From NCBI GenBank assembly GCA_964016885.1, contig OZ024754.1, positions 2,356,001 to 2,420,000 of the forward strand: 64,000 bases of DNA, in the 5' to 3' direction. Position numbers and translations under genes: made by a program. Every line of letters starts with the position of its first letter. The first letter of the stretch is position 1. Shown here in pieces: positions 43,651 to 57,191 of the stretch. The notes below the pieces were generated by a model. The model made no database searches, had not been told where the DNA came from, and was given only the letters and a program-made list of their open reading frames with translations. The stretch comes from Eledone cirrhosa. Taxonomy: Eukaryota.

Positions 43651-44284
43651 TCTATAAACTTGTAGTATTCCAGTGCTGTGTTATCTCAGGTTATTCACAT
43701 TCGGTTGTTTCGTGACAAAAATAGATCTCCTCCTGATATTGAACTGTTCATTGAGTTTTGATTATCAAATATTTCAATTAGGATGTGTCGCATATGAGTA
43801 AATTATCCAACAGAATATGTGATACATTGTTTAAAAACTATTTTCTCTGGACATTTAATCCCTAAACTCTATTGATTGTAAGGGTGGAGGGTAGACTGTT
43901 TTTTTTTTATCATATCCATCTACACATACTACATATATGTATAACGTATGACCAACTACGATGCGCAGCCATCTACTTATTTTAAAATAGAAACAAACAG
44001 CACAGGTTTGGAGAAGGAACTGTAGTTAAACCATATAGATCTGTAGCATTGCCTTTCTTTGAACATAAAACGTGATGTAGTTTACCATTACAAAGACTTC
44101 TTTAATAAAACTTTATTACTTTACATTCCTTCCTGACCCAACAGCAACAACTGTTGTTAGATTGGAGCATTTAAACTCTTAATTTGAAACCTGGGAATAA
44201 TTCTTATTTCAACAGATCATAATACAACTCAATAATTTTGGTAATATTCTCTAGGTAACATCAGGACTGTTGAGTAATCAATCA

Positions 44285-44615
44285 CATGAGATCGCTTCTT
44301 CCAATATATTGATGGAGAGTTAATCTGCCAATAACCTAGACATCGCTTTGATGGTAACATTTGTTTTCTCAGCTTCTTCTAAATATTTTTTTCTTCTAAT
44401 AACTGTGTTAATGTTAGTTTAGTTTTTATATTTTCTTTGTGATATTTTCTCATCACTATGGGAGTTAATTATCGCCTTCATCTTCCTGTTGATATTTTAA
44501 TAACATAATAGTTGCTCTTTGAATGGAAAGAATATCAAGTTTAAAAGAATTACTTTTTTAATATAGAAACAGTTGCTCTTAGAATGTAAAGTCTATCAAA
44601 TTAACAAGATTTCTT
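44285..44615 (-). pseudogene. Decayed Penelope-like ORF remnant (linker + GIY-YIG region)
   Basis: Collinear minus-strand peptides LVNLIDFTF, KMKAIINSH, ENKCYHQSDV*...QYIGRSD resemble the PLE pattern FL.LID.HF..MK.II.SHN..C....VVY....YIG. Confidence 0.4.
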
Positions 44616-44934
44616 TTTTTCTTTTATGAACTTCCTAATTGCATTATCTAGAACTAATAACTAATGTTTCTTCTTTGTTATGTTATTTTTCTTCTTTTTT
44701 CTGTGTGATGGGGGTGGGTTGCTATAGTCAATCGAAATTATCCAACACTTACTTTTTGTATTTACTGCGAAACGTTTCAAAATCTTGACTCTTTAACAAA
44801 CTATCTTAAACTTTCGTTTGCACATCCAAACATTGCAGGTATAATCTGTATTTAATCAGCTAAACATTACGTTCAACAGTCATTCACTATCACTGATTGA
44901 CTGGCAAAAGGTGTTCACCATTTACCTTATGTCC

Positions 44935-45115
44935 CCATTGGTGCTTTGGAAACCACAAACAGTCACTAATAAGAGGGGGCACAAGCTCCCCTGCCCCGAT
45001 GTCATCTCCAGAGATTCTGGTATTGAAATCCAGGACTTGGCACCGGCAATGACTGACAGACCCACGTGGAGATCAATTGTTGGGTCCATTTCGGCTGAGG
45101 CCGCCGAATGATGAC
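44935..45115 (+). mobile_element. RTE-clade LINE 3' fragment (second subfamily)
   Basis: LVLWKPQ..KRGHKLPCPDVISRDSGIEIQDLAPAMTDRPTWRSIV; short tga tail. Confidence 0.75.
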
Positions 45116-45546
45116 TATAAGGTTCTTGCCTTAATTAATTATATAATTAATGAGACCAAATACTTCAGTTTATTTATTATTTTCTTAATCAGAGACGTCA
45201 AGAAACTGGTAATGAAAGAATCCAAACAGTTGACGTTTGTGAATGATGGAAATTCTGATTTTGTATTTTATTTGTGTTTTAAATGGCTAAGTCAGAGGAG
45301 GAAAACTGGGTCTATGAGCCTCTTAAGGGCGTCCTAAACTGGTGGAAGGAATTACAAAGGTTTCCTTCACACCAGAAACGAAACTTAGTCGTATTTCTTG
45401 CAAATGAGTGGACCCTACCTATTTCATCTAAGAGGCAGGTGATGGTGTTAAAATGGGTGACGAATTAAGTCTACCACCCCAAATGGATACCTGGGTTTCT
45501 CATAGTTTTTTACTTTCATTTATATAGTTTTGGTTGACCCAAGGTA

Positions 45547-45897
45547 AATAATTGTTTCTACTTTTGGCACAAGGCCAGCAATTATCCCAGTGTATTACTG
45601 GTACTTTATTTTATCGACCCCATAAGGATGAGAGGCAAAGTTAACCTAGGCGGGATTTCAACTCAGACCCTAAAGAGCCGTAACTCTTTGCTGCAAAGCA
45701 TGGCGTCCGACCCCCTACCGATACTGCCAATCCACCGCCCTAGGTAAATAATCGTTTCTTATATAGGCACAAGGCCAGCAATTTTGGGCGAAGGGAAAGT
45801 CGATTAAATCGACCCAGTACATGACTGGTACTTTATTTTATCGACCCCGTAAGGATGAAAGGCAAAGTTAACCTCGGCGGGATTTGAACTCAGACCC
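45547..45897 (-). mobile_element. Two adjacent SINE copies
   Basis: Full copy 45547-45740 and 5'-truncated copy 45746-45897; junction cc(c/t)aggtaaataat recurs at ~45539, 45739, 45895. Confidence 0.92.
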
Positions 45898-46840
45898 TAG
45901 GTAAATAATAGAAAGCAATTTGTCGACATACTGGGCAGTAGGATCGAATCTGAAACCATGTGGATGTGAAGCGACCTTCTTAACTAAAACTCTCTTATTT
46001 GAAGTTAGTTTTGTGAGTTAACTCTTACTTTACACAAATATATAAAAAAAACTTCCTATTCTGATTTTGAAGACATTTTTTATCAATATGTACGCATTCT
46101 GATTACGATCATTATTTATTCATTCAATATTTGATTATCATCGAACGTTTTATTCCTCCTGTGGTCTCTTCACCGATCTCTGCTACAATATCCAAATATA
46201 TAAACAAGATTCGATTATGTCTGTAACTGAACGGAGTGGAATTCAGTTGAGGGGAATCTGATAAGTTATGTAGAAATGTTTTTTCTGTAGATATGGTACT
46301 TCAATTCACTAAAGAAATACAAACTGTCTAAGAGAACCACACAGCAATCGTTCGACATGCTAGACATAACAGCAAACTCTTCCTCAATACACATACCCTA
46401 CCGCATAAGATAAAGGATACATTTGACAGGATCACCCTAGAGTATCTATGATCATAGGGCTGCAAGATCGAGTCTGACCTAGAGCTAAACAACTGTCATA
46501 CTTGAATTTACATTTAATGTCATCGTTCAAATTTAGGGTTACTGATTTAGGCATAAAGACAACAATTTTGGGGGAACAAACACGTGTACCCTTAACATAA
46601 TTCTGATGGAAATTCAGTGTAATACAGCGTAATATGAGGTTGGTTCTTTCAATTACAACTACAGTCTGTCTGACGGGCTTCAAAGTAGTTTATGTCTACC
46701 AAAGCTCTTTCCCAAGACATGAGTCGACACGAGACTTTGCTAAATGGTACTTGCCCAACATGCCACATGTTTGATCGAACCCGGGGCCTAATGATTGCGA
46801 AACGAACTTTGACTGGTATGTGTACATATGATATGGTCTC

Positions 46841-48200
46841 ATAACCCCTAATAGGAGTCGTAGTGACATACTGCGTGTGGGATGGGGATAACCCCTGATG
46901 AGAGTCGTAGTGACATACTGCGTGTGGGATGGGGATAACCCCTGATGAGAGTCGTAGTGACATACTGCGTGTGGGATGGGGATAACCCCTGATGAGAGTC
47001 GTAGTGACATACTGCGTGTGGGATGGGGATAACCCCTGATGAGAGTCGTAGTGACATACTGCGTGTGGGATGGGGATAACCCCTGATGAGAATCGTAGTG
47101 ACATACTGCGTGTGGGATGGGGATAACCCCTGATGAGGGTCGTAGTGACATACTGCGTGTGGGATGGGGATAACCCCTGATGAGAGTCGTAGTGACATAC
47201 TGCGTGTGGGATGGGGATAACCCCTGATGGGAGTCGTAGTGACATACTGCGTGTGGGATGGGGATAACCCCTGATGAGGGTCGTAGTGACATACTGCGTG
47301 TGGGATGGGGATAACCCCTGATGAGGGTCGTAGTGACATACTGCGTGTGGGATGGGGATAACCCCTGATGAGGGTCGTAGTGACATACTGCGTGTGGGAT
47401 GGGGATAACCCCTGATGAGGGTCGTAGTGACATACTGCGTGTGGGATGGGGATAACCCCTGATGAGGGTCGTAGTGACATACTGCGTGTGGGATGGGGAT
47501 AACCCCTGATGAGAGTCGTAGTGACATACTGCGTATGGGATGGGGATAACCCCTGATGAGGGTCGTAGTGACATACTGCGTGTGGGATGGGGATAACCCC
47601 TGATGAGAGTCGTAGTGACATACTGCGTGTGGGATGGGGATAACCCCTGATGGGAGTCGTAGTGACATACTGCGTGTGGGATGGGGATAACCCCTGATGA
47701 GAGTCGTAGTGACATACTGCGTATGGGATGGGGATAACCCCTGATGAGGGTCGTAGTGACATACTGCGTGTGGGATGGGGATAAACCCTGATGAGAGTCG
47801 TAGTGACATACTGCGTGTGGGATGGGGATAACCCCTGATGGGAGTCGTAGTGACATACTGCGTGTGGGATGGGGATAACCCCTGATGAGAGTCGTAGTGA
47901 CATACTGCGTATGGGATGGGGATAACCCCTGATGAGGGTCGTAGTGACATACTGCGTGTGGGATGGGGATAACCCCTGATGAGAGTCGTAGTGACATACT
48001 GCGTGTGGGATGGGGATAACCCCTGATGAGAGTCGTAGTGACATACTGCGTGTGGGATGGGGATAACCCCTGATGAGAGTCGTAGTGACATACTGCGTAT
48101 GGGATGGGGATAACCCCTGATGAGGGTCGTAGTGACATACTGCGTGTGGGATGGGGATAACCCCTGATGAGAGTCGTAGTGACATACTGCGTGTGGGATG
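46841..48200. repeat. 47-bp GC-rich minisatellite, 29 units
   Basis: ataacccctgatgagagtcgtagtgacatactgcgtgtgggatgggg; only 3-4 variable positions. Confidence 0.99.
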
Positions 48201-48598
48201 AGGATGGGGAGGGGGTCATTGGAATTCTGGCGGAGCCCATCCTTCTCCAGGTCTGACTAAAGCAGATTTCTTCCAGAGAAAAAAATAAAGTTAGAGAGAG
48301 GAAAGGGGGAAGAGATATAAAGGAAGAATCGACCCCAGGATTAGACTTGTACGTTTTTCTTGAGGTTTTTTTCAGACCTGGAATGGATAAGAGGCGAATT
48401 TGACCCCAGTGGGATTTGAACATAAAGAGTAGAAAGCTGGAACTAATACCACAAAACATGCTACCCGACCTTCTAACAACTCTACCAATTCACCACCTAT
48501 ACATATACATATAATTAAACATCCAGTTTATGGGGGTGGGTATGAAAGATAAACATTCTTAGTAACCAATAAATTAAACTACCCTAAAAAAATATTCA

Positions 48599-49031
48599 TA
48601 GAAATGGTTATATATAATGTACACCCGAAAGTAGAAATAGTTATATATAATGTACACCCGAAAGTAGAAATAGTTATATATAATGTACACCCGAAAGTAG
48701 AAATAGTTATATATAATGTACACCCGAAAGTAGAAATAGTTATATATAATGTACACCCGAAAGTAGAAATAGTTATATATAATGTACCCGAACGTAAAAA
48801 TAGTTATATATAATGTACACCCGAAAGTAGAAATAGTTATATATAATGTACACCCGCAAGTAAAAATGGTTATATATAATGTACACCCGAAAGTAGAAAT
48901 AGTTATATATAATGTACCCGAACGTAGAAATAGTTATATATAATGTACCCGCAAGTAGAAATAGTTATATATAATGTACCCGGAAGAAGAAATGGTTATA
49001 TATAATGTACCCGGAAGAAGAAATGGTTATA
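48599..49031. repeat. 33/31-bp minisatellite, ~13 units
   Basis: tagaaatagttatatataatgtacacccgaaag, degenerating 3'-ward. Confidence 0.97.
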
Positions 49032-49319
49032 CATCGACTACGGTATTTAATTAAAAGATAAAAAAATAAATCTGAGATTTATGAAGGGGAAAGTCTCTCT
49101 ATGGAATATAGTATTCTAACTAAATACTGCAAATGTTGTTGGCCAACGCTCTACCGATTCTGCAAATTCATCTCTGTTATACACATAGAAACATTGATTT
49201 CTAGCTTACAAAAAAGCAATATAAATAAAGCGGCTAACCAATCAGGAAGATGCACTCGTAAAAATTATTTTAGAGTTATTTCCCATGTCAGCTTACATCT
49301 CAGTTTCTGACGTTATTTT

Positions 49320-49592
49320 AGTGAGTTCAAATCCCGCTGAGGTTAACTTTGCCTTTTCATCTTTACGGGATCGATAAAATAAAGTACCAGTAATACACTG
49401 GGATAATTGCTGGCCTTGTGCCAAAAGTAGAAACAGTTATTTTAGTGACAAAAGTAATGAAGACGAACATCATTTAATGTTGTTAGCTTAATGAGGTTAG
49501 CTTTGCCTTTCATCCTTACGAGGTCGGTAAAATAAAGTACCAGTAATGTACTGGATCATTGCTGGCCTTGTGCCTAAATCAGAAACGATTAT
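49320..49592 (+). mobile_element. Two partial SINE copies
   Basis: gagttcaaatcccgc..gataaaataaagtaccagtaatacactgg..gtagaaac. Confidence 0.88.
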
Positions 49593-49699
49593 TTAATGTT
49601 GTTCAGAACAGAAAGTTTGAGGACAGCAGCTGAAATAAGTTGTGGAAATATCAGGACTTTATGTAACTATAAACTACATTGTTTTTATATAAATATATC

Positions 49700-50015
49700 T
49701 AGTGGCACTCCGTCGGTTACGACGACGATTATTCCTGTTGATAGGATAAACAGAACAGCTTGCTCGTAAAATTGACGTCAAAATGGCTGAGTATTCCACA
49801 GACACGTGTACTTTTAACGTGGTTCTCAGGGAGATTCAGAGGGACACAGAATGTAACAAGGCTGGTTCTTCGAATTACAGGTACAACACATATTTGCCAG
49901 CTGAGTGAACTGGAGCAACGTGAAATAAAGTGTCTTGCTCAAGGACACACCGTGTCACCTGGAATCGAACTCACAACCTTACGATCGTGAGCCGAATATC
50001 ATTACTACAAAGCCA
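49700..50015 (-). mobile_element. tRNA/CORE-like cephalopod SINE (second family), near full-length
   Basis: Minus-strand head gttgtgagttcgattcc, gtccttgagcaagacactttatttcacgttgctccag, body acacgtgtctgtggaatactcagcca; degenerate relative at ~46575-46810. Confidence 0.85.
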
Positions 50016-51325
50016 TATATAAATATACATGATATATATAAACAAAGTCGTGAATTAGGAGAGTCATTAGAATATCGGATAGAATGTTTGTATCATTCGT
50101 TTCGGAGCTCTGCTCTCTATTTAAAATCCCACCGCCGAGGTGAGCTTTGCTTTCCATCGTTTCACGGTCGATAAAGAAAGTACCACTCCAGTAATGAGGT
50201 CGATTCTTTTTATATATCTTTTTCTCAATCCCTCTTTAACACTAACTCCTTGTCTGGAAGAAATCGACTGTGTTTAAACATGGGGAAAGGTTGATTCTAT
50301 CAGGTTTATGGGTAACATACATGTACACAATATATAACAACATTTGGAATTATGTCAAAATAAGACATTGTGATCATAAGCAGGTCCTGGTTAACCGGTG
50401 ATGAGACCCCATAGTATCTAAAAGTGAACAGAACCCTTCAACTAGATGCCATCATTAGCTGCTCCTGACCAACTGCGGGTACCTATCTCAAGTCTACCCG
50501 AAGGCCAAAGGACATGTAATATTCTACGGATGATTTACGTGGTTTGAAAATTAACTTTTGGAATACTAAAACTTTTGTTTTTTTCCCTTAGACAAGACCT
50601 GACTGAAGCCAAGTGGAACAACCTATGTTCTCAATCGTTAAGGAAATGCATGAATTGGTACGAGAAGACACTTTACCTATAAAGGCATTGCAATTAGTAA
50701 AATATTAGGGCTATAAGCTATAAAAGTAACAATTCATTTTATTACAATCTTTCACACCTACGAGACTCCCGGTAACCTTCCTGGTATTTTCTTCCGCAAA
50801 ATCGGAAAGAGTGGATCCCACTGAAGGAGGAATGGTAGGTGTAGCAGGTGTAGCTGGTGGTTCTCTGTCTCATTGCTTTGGCTAACTTGTCCGTGCGACT
50901 CAGCCGAGATATACACTTTAGACAAAAGTGCAGAGTTTTTCCTCTTTTTTCCTCACTTCTTAAATATTATTCTAATTCCCCACCTTTTTAACACCTTCAT
51001 CATTGTACACTTATGTCCAAATACAAATTCATTAAATTCGACATATGTTGAGAAATATTCGAGTAATTAGAACATATAAAACTCCTTGTGATATTTGTTC
51101 CAGGGCTCTGAGTTCACATTCCATCGAGGTCGACATTGACTTTCAAGTCATCCGTTCTGAGTTCAAATCTCGCTCTGATGTAGTCACCCAGTATAACACA
51201 ACAATATGGGTTTTGGGTGCATTCTGGTTGGGTTTGTGGTTTGACCATATTTTCCTCCCTTACACCAGTCTTGTACGTCTTGAAAAGTGTCATGCGCCCT
51301 GCTCCTCCTTCCTTGTCTAAATTAG

Positions 51326-51602
51326 AGGTGGGGAACATTTTCATGTTGAAAGATCGCATTAAATTATTTGTAATATAAGGCCGCATTAAAAAAATAAACG
51401 TAATTATATATTCTTAAAATCTATATTATTTTGTAAAAATGTAATTACTATGTACCAATTATCTAAGAAACGAAAAAAAAAGAAATAATTTTAAAGCTTT
51501 CTCCCTTAAAGTAAGAGACAAATTCATTATAAATTTGTTGGTACTTTTTATTCTTTCAAAAGGCCTCATGCGACCTTAAGGCCGCAGATTCTCCATTTTT
51601 GG
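51326..51602. mobile_element. Possible hAT (Charlie-like) MITE
   Basis: Left end tagaggtggggaac..aggccgca; right end ggcctcatgcgacc..ggccgcagattctcca..tg; AT-rich interior. Confidence 0.45.
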
Positions 51603-52431
51603 TCTAGACTATTAATGTTATTTTTTTAATATTCGATCTAATCAATCGAACGTAGAGTATGCCATGTTCAAATCCCTCGCCTGGTACTGAAACGCGAAAT
51701 TGACCTCGACAAGATTTGAACACCGAACCACAGACAACTGGAACAAACACTGTAAATACTGGACATTTCTAGCTAATAAAGAGGGGAATTTGTCTAGTTT
51801 ATATTACTTGCAGAACTTTGAGGAGAAAACGCTACCAAGTTAAGGGTGAAACTTATTTGTAAAGTATCTAGAAAAGACATTTGAGAAATCTATATCGCCC
51901 TCATTACAATACGAACTTGTCAATCTTATTTAATCGTTTATAATTTTGTTAAGAAACAACTATGTTTTACAAATACATACATATATTGAAATCCTCCCAT
52001 ATCCCTGTGTCTTAAAGCCTGCAGTCCTCCAACATTAATATAAGTGTGTCACGCGAACTACAGAGCATGTAACCACAGAGAGAGGTTATATTCAAAACCG
52101 AAACAACTGTGTTTTTAATGGATAACTATGTTACGTTGAAATTCAATGTTCCCTGCTGTCTGATTGTAGATAGACCTGACTGACTGGACTATTTCCTGTT
52201 AATTTCCACAAATATTTAAAAATATTTCAATAGCGGAACTATCCATTATCTACGCGTTGGGAAAATACACTACATTTTCCCTGGGAAAAGTTATTCGGAT
52301 CAAAGGGAAATAATATCCAAAGTACTCTCCCTTATATTCATATAAAAATATCTTCTTTTCCACATTTTACGCAGTAAACAGACGTAAACAGCTGGTTGTC
52401 ACCCCTCATTTGTAATATCATCATATGTTAT

Positions 52432-52596
52432 GCTTTCCAGCATAAAGTTACGGCGCTTTACGTTCTGAGGTTAGCTTTGACTTTCAACCTTACGGGGTCG
52501 ATAAAATAAAGCACCAGTAATGCACTGGGGTCGCCAAAATTGATTTTCCCCTCCGAAAAAAAATTGTTGGCCGTGTGCCTAAAATAGAAACAATTA
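52432..52596 (+). mobile_element. Partial SINE
   Basis: ttacggggtcgataaaataaagcaccagtaatgcactgggg. Confidence 0.85.
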
Positions 52597-53174
52597 TATT
52601 TTATCAGAAATAGCTTTCTTTGTGTCCTCTTTTTTTCTCAGAATCAGTAATAACCGCACAAGCAACCGCAAACCGATTTAAAAATATATTTGTAATATTA
52701 AATTTCATGTCTCTCGGATAGAGACAAGTCACTTGACATCTGGAGATAATACTAAATGATATTCTACTAACTTTGATATATCACAATCCTCTACAGACAC
52801 TGTACTCCCTCTTCTTGTGATGATAAGTCTTTACTGGTGTATATAGACTAATTTAAAGTCTTGCCCGACAGTGAGGTTTTAAATGAAATGAAACGTAACG
52901 CAGAATTCATCTAGCCATCGTACACTGCCTGAGCTGTGAAATACTTACATCAGTAATGTCAATATTCCTAACTGAATGGAATTTGTTTTATTTGCAGACA
53001 CTATTGATTTCTTATTAACAAATGGGGTCGATTTCTTTTTATTGTTGGGGTCACTCATGAACAATAAATTCGACTTCAATATGTAGTTCGTCATTTTACA
53101 CACTCCGAAGAGATTTAAAGCACAAAACAGACGGATTTTGAAATCTAAATCTACTGGATTTCACTCCCTTTTGG

Positions 53175-53280
53175 TGGAGAGGGGAAAGTCGATTAAATCG
53201 ACCCCATTGTGTTACTGATACTTTATTTTATCGACCGCGTAAGGATGAAACGTAAAGTTAATCTCGGAGGAATTTGAATC
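53175..53280 (-). mobile_element. Partial SINE
   Basis: gtcgattaaatcgacccc..actttattttatcgacc..aaggatgaaa. Confidence 0.8.
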
Positions 53281-53672
53281 GTACAAATCCCCAAAATTAG
53301 ATCACACAGAAAGTTCAGGTTCTCTCACCCATACACACATTATCTCGCTGTCTGGTTAAGTATTAGTAACAGTAATTTAATGGGATTCAAAGCAACTAGA
53401 AATGTTCAATATCTTCTAAATATTTAAAGGAACTCTATGGAGAAAATTTCGTCACTTTCAAATATAAATTGGAAATTATCCAAGGTAAAAACCTGGAGAA
53501 TTCTACAATATACCCAGGAAGGGCAGATTCCTTCATTGGTGCTAGTTTACCCCAAAAAACCATGCCCTGGATACTGAGACCAGTTAAATATTAATATAAT
53601 ATATAAACACACGTACACAAACATATAAATACAAACACACATACACATACACATACACACTTCTATATATAT

Positions 53673-53960
53673 CTAGGGCGGGTAAAATTCCCGAGATCCA
53701 TGGACGAGTTCTCTCCAGCGGTCTCTGTCCCTCATTATCGCTGCCATGTCCTGCGTCTCCAAGAGACCATTGTCTGTCCTTAGGACATCAACATATGTTA
53801 ACCTCGGTCTTCCTCTTCCAATGTGTCCATGCAGGGGCTCCCACAGAAGCACTGAGTGCAGTGTCAACTCTGAATGTCGGAACGTGAGCATGTCCAGCTA
53901 ACCCCAGTCTCCTCTGACTTTCGGGAGGGTCCCGTACAGCTCTGAGTTCTTCATCCTCTG
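53673..53960 (-). mobile_element. RTE-clade LINE 3' fragment (longest copy)
   Basis: [14 protein letters not shown]...RHSELTLHSVLLWEPLHGHIGRGRPRLTYVDVLRTDNGLLETQDMAAIMRDRDRWRELVHGSREFYPP*. Confidence 0.9.
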
Positions 53961-54043
53961 TGTATACTGATTATATATACATATATATATATACTTGGGG
54001 AGGGTCATATTGTTGTAAAAATATTGCCAGAAGTAATTCATCA

Positions 54044-54098
<55 letters not shown>

Positions 54099-54159
54099 AT
54101 ATATATTTATATATATATATATGTATATATATTTATATATATATATATGTATATATATT

Positions 54160-54191
<32 letters not shown>

Positions 54192-54197
54192 AGTGTA

Positions 54198-54244
<47 letters not shown>

Positions 54245-54261
54245 GAGGGAGAGAGAGAGAG

Positions 54262-54354
<93 letters not shown>

Positions 54355-54728
54355 TAACAGTTCTTCGATCAAGTAAAGTAAAAAGAACAACTAAACACAG
54401 CAAACTAAATAAATAAAGTCAACGAGGTTTGACCCATTAAGATTCAATATTCATTGGTTATGATTGAGATCCAATCTAAATCCCCAACAATAGATAAATA
54501 TAACAGACATGTAACCTATCTGCTGGTTCTGTGTACACGTCGCTTCATGCCATTGCTTTTATTCTCATATTTTATTCTTGAAAATCGGATGTGTTACATT
54601 ATTATTTCTCTAGCTGTTGTTGTTGTTGTTGTTCTTGCTGATCTTGTTTTACATATTGGCTATTTTCTTCAGGCAATCGTAAAAATATAATTGTATCACG
54701 ATCACTGACCTCAATCGATATATATATG

Positions 54729-54782
<54 letters not shown>

Positions 54783-54786
<4 letters not shown>

Positions 54787-55143
54787 AAAAAGAGATGAAA
54801 TCGAAAATGCAACTGGAGTCTTATTTTTTTGTAAAATATATATATTTATTTGGTTCCTTTACCGGTTTCGCAGTTCTTCTGCTTTTCAAAAGTAGAGTTG
54901 AGATGGAGGGTCTGTGGTTTTTCTCACATCTATATATATAAAAACCACAGACCCTCCATCTCAACTCACCTTTTGAAAAGCAGAAGAACTGCGAAACCGG
55001 TAAAGGAACCAAATAAATATATATATTTTAAAAAAAAATAAGACTCCAGTTGCATTTTCGATTTCATCTCTTTTTCTTTATACTTTCACTCGTGTAGGAC
55101 ACCTCGGTTATTTTTCATTTTGTAAAAAAAAACTCACTTTCTA
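54783..55143. mobile_element. TA-flanked palindromic element (arms 54783-54922 / 54940-55080) with two U3-A8 hammerhead motifs
   Basis: HHR at 54857-54892 (-) and 54969-55006 (+). Confidence 0.88.
54969..55006 (+). ncRNA. Minimal hammerhead with U3-A8 core variant
   Basis: cctt-TTGAAAA-gcag(aagaa)ctgc-GAAA-ccgg-TA-aagg. Confidence 0.7.
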
Positions 55144-55195
<52 letters not shown>

Positions 55196-55236
55196 GTGTA
55201 TATATATATATATGTGTGTGTGTATATATGTATATA

Positions 55237-55334
<98 letters not shown>

Positions 55335-55746
55335 GATAAATCTACCAAGAGTTTACGGTTATATATAGTAAGAAATCAGAAGATCCCGTTAAGGGTGAAA
55401 GCAGCGATTCTTTGCTTAAACTTTAATCTGTTCTTACAATTTTAGTCTTCAAATGTATTATTATTACTTTAAAGTTAGAAGAAAAAAACTTTTATTTTAT
55501 ACCTAATTGTGTATGGTTGACGATATATTTAATCGATTTCCACGTGCTATTGAAATGCTGGGTAAATATTCTATAGCTGTTGATCGCGAATAGATGGCTG
55601 TCGTTTATTTATCTACTATTTCTTCATAGGTGCCTTTTAATCTTATAGCCTGTCTTAATTGGGTTTTTTGTGTGGTTGATTATGCTAATTGGGAGAGGAA
55701 ATAGTGTATATATCTTATCAAATGATTCTATGGACATAATTTATAG

Positions 55747-55785
<39 letters not shown>

Positions 55786-56179
55786 GGGGGGGGGGTCGTT
55801 AGAGCATTGTCTTAAATTATTCGTAGCAGCTTTCTGCACTCTGAGTTCAAATCCCACCAATGTCAATGTTGCCTTTCGTTATTTCGGCGTCGATAATTAG
55901 AATATTGATTTATCGATCAGTGGATTGGCAGAATTGTTAGAGTGCTCAGCCTTTGAGTTCTGAAACTGCGTACGACAATTGTACCCGGCTGTATCGGCTC
56001 TTGTGTTTCTCTTGGACAATATACGTGGAAACAAGTGAAGAGACTTGTCTACACGTGTGACTATCTCATATCTTGCCTATGTTTGGGGATGAACTTTCCA
56101 GGAGCAAAATCATTGTCAGCCGTAACGGAAGGAGGTGGGTGGCTTTAATAGACTTATACATATACATATATACATTCCT

Positions 56180-56570
<391 letters not shown>

Positions 56571-56572
<2 letters not shown>

Positions 56573-56759
56573 CGAAGGAAATGTGGTAAGGAACCAGGTG
56601 GACCATAACGCACCAAAGTACTCAATACTTGAGGTAGTAGAGTGGGTAATAGGAACCAGTAAGACCCCGACAGCTGAGCTCAAGCCGTTTCGACGGCTAA
56701 TTCTGGACTGAATTAGCCGTCGAAACGGCTTGAGCTCAGCTGTCGGGGTCTTACTGGTT

Positions 56760-56761
<2 letters not shown>
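56571..56761. mobile_element. TA-flanked element with perfect fold-back palindrome 56650-56763
   Basis: aggaaccagtaagaccccgacagctgagctcaagccgtttcgacggctaattc-tggact-gaattagccgtcgaaacggcttgagctcagctgtcggggtcttactggttcct. Confidence 0.9.
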
Positions 56762-56801
<40 letters not shown>

Positions 56802-56908
56802 CATACATACTTGTATATATATATATATATCCTCCACTTCCACCAAGTGTGAACCTAATATAACTGTACAATTGCCTCCTGTGCTTTGTTCGTCCATTTC
56901 AACTATAA

Positions 56909-56997
<89 letters not shown>

Positions 56998-57113
56998 CTT
57001 GAATGTATGTATGACTTGTAAGTATGTCTATATATATATACACACACATATACATATATATATATATATATATATGTGTGTGTATGTGTGTGTGTATATA
57101 TACATGCATACAA

Positions 57114-57191
<78 letters not shown>

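Noticed and set aside
45283-45468. 61-aa non-repetitive ORF (MAKSEEENW...)
   Set aside because: Short, no recognisable motif, lies between an RTE fragment and SINEs
46841-48200. CRISPR array, box C/D array, or hammerhead satellite (unit has ccc-CTGATGA...GACA-tac(tgc)gtr-T-G-gg)
   Set aside because: No unique spacers and a eukaryotic context. As an HHR it has GACA rather than GAAA, G at position 17 and no compatible stem II; the C/D boxes overlap in a single ctgatga. Resemblance noted but not supportable
46649-48459. Three long minus-strand ORFs (445-587 aa)
   Set aside because: All are the same stop-free 141-nt cycle of the 47-bp repeat read in shifting frames; flanks show no protein-like sequence
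50591-50700. Exon after a strong acceptor ttttgtttttttcccttag
   Set aside because: Only a 29-codon open frame, no recognisable protein and no convincing donor
54783-55080. Classical TIR MITE or miRNA precursor interpretation of the palindromes
   Set aside because: Inversion points and arm lengths differ between copies of the same family, one arm overhangs, and single-arm copies exist (11089-11220), which fits fold-back retro-insertion better
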